A DNA stretch of 64,000 nucleotides from Camelus dromedarius (taxonomy: Eukaryota), in assembly GCF_036321535.1 (NCBI RefSeq), contig NC_087437.1, positions 2,604,001 through 2,668,000 of the forward strand. The letters are read 5' to 3'. This document shows positions 62,524 to 64,000 of the stretch, one piece after another. The translations under genes were made by a program, and so were the position numbers. Below the pieces are notes generated by a model that saw only the letters and a program-made list of their open reading frames with translations, did no database searches and was not told the DNA's origin. Positions within the stretch are counted from its first letter, which is position 1; every line of letters starts with the position of its first letter.

Positions 62524-63309
62524 AAGTCAAATAACATCTTAAACATTCAAGAGCTTTCTAGATAATACAAGGGAGACATGGGAATCAATCTTTTTTTACC
62601 CCCAAGAAAAGAAAACCACCAAAGGCCTCACAAACAGCCCTCCAAGACTACTTCCTGGTAGTGCCTTTGTAAGATCCTCTTTTCCTGTGATGGCTAATTT
62701 TGCTCTAGGAAGAAAATGTTTAAATTTCGCTCCAATGTGACAAGTTAATTAATTTTTTTTTTTTTTACCTAAAATCTATGCAAGAGGAAGCAAAGAACTT
62801 GCCAGAAAATTTGGGATCTATTCTTATCTACACGTGCTCCCTGTATTTGCAGTAAAATGGAGAGAGCTACAGAAAGCTGGGGAGGGAAGCAGAGTTGTTT
62901 GAACCAGTCCGTTTCCATTCCATGCCTTCTGTAAGCATGTCTGTGATGCCTCCTCTGCTGGAGAGTTCTTGAGTGTCTGGGAAGCTGGAAATGTGGTCCA
63001 CCCTCCAGGCTGGAGCGAGGAAGTGGCCATTGTGAGGAGGTGGAGGGAATGTGGTACCAACAACACAGGACGTGTGCAGACCTTGACCCTCCTCCCCTCC
63101 TGCCTGCCAGTCTGACCCTGACAGTCGAGGGCTGCCACACTCATGTCCACAGTCTAGGGCTTGGTAGGGCCCCATGGAGCTAGGCTCAGTGGAACAGCCA
63201 TCAGGCCAGGAGAAAGGGTGGGAAGTCACCCCCACCTGTCAGAGGAGGAGGGGCAGGTGACAAAGACACCAAGAAGGCTGTGGACAAGGACTGGAGTTGA
63301 GAGGACACA

Positions 63310-63649
63310 CAGTCAGCCCTTCACAGCCATGATTTCTGCATCTGCAGAATCAACAAACCATGGGTAAAAAAATATTTGAGGGAAAAAAATTCCAGAAAGC
63401 TCCGAAAAATAAAATTCGAATTTTCTGGTCACAGGCAAATTTACATAGCATTTACATTGTGTTTACAGCTAGTCATATTGTATTAGGTGTTACAAGTCAT
63501 CTAGAAATGACTTTAAATATGTCAGAGGGTGTATGTAGGTTTATACAAATTCTGTGCTATTTTATATAAGGGATTTGAACTTCTACAGCATTGAGTGGGA
63601 AGGAGGGGGGGGCCTGGAACTGATCTCACAGGTACCAAAGGACAACTAT
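63310..63649. mobile_element. MER2-like non-autonomous Tigger DNA transposon
   Basis: cagtcagccct...atctgcagaatcaac...acatagcatttacattg...attgtattaggtgttacaagtcatctaga...tttatataagggatttgaac...aaggacaact; about 340 bp. Confidence 0.8.
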
Positions 63650-64000
63650 ACATCAGAGAATTCATTACATGTCGGGCACTGTGCTGGGTGCTTCTCACAT
63701 ATTCTTTCTTCCTCTTACAGCCTTAATTCTAATTACAGCAGAATTATGGAGGCAGCCAGGGAGGGGTGGGGAGTGGCACTTTGTAAAGCAAATTCAATAC
63801 CCACATGACTTCAATTAAAAATAGAGAAAGAGAGAGAGAGAGAGAAAATAAAACAGGACAGAACCTTCACTGGTACTGAATCCTGTAAGACAGTCCAGGA
63901 AAGCATGAAAGAGAGGGTTCCCAGCCCTGAGGCCAGGGAGGGCAGCGTCCCAGATGCGCTGGCACAGAGAAGGCGAGGCCAGGCAGGTGGTGGTGGGTGG

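Overview
Mammalian genomic DNA, probably camelid (inferred from Vic-1-like tRNA-derived SINEs and a recurrent young L1 3' end). About the first 51 kb is non-coding and repeat-rich: nested L1s, ERV1/ERVL/MaLR LTRs, MIR/L2 and microsatellites, with no recognisable coding exons. The notable part is a CpG island at ~51.7-52.5 kb holding a diverged copy of COL18A1 short-isoform exons 1-2 (ATG changed to GTG; exon 2 out of the signal-peptide frame). About 3.4 kb downstream on the same strand lies an isolated, splice-intact, stop-free copy of EGFR exon 20 with its flanking intron sequence. It carries T790M- and R776H-equivalent changes, and I found no EGFR exons 18-19. Splicing exon1-exon2-EGFR exon 20 gives one open frame, so this is a candidate chimeric COL18A1-promoter/EGFR-kinase-fragment gene or pseudogene made by DNA-level duplication. 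Gene identities come from recalled human/mouse sequences, not from a database search. Repeat boundaries are approximate unless a TSD is given.
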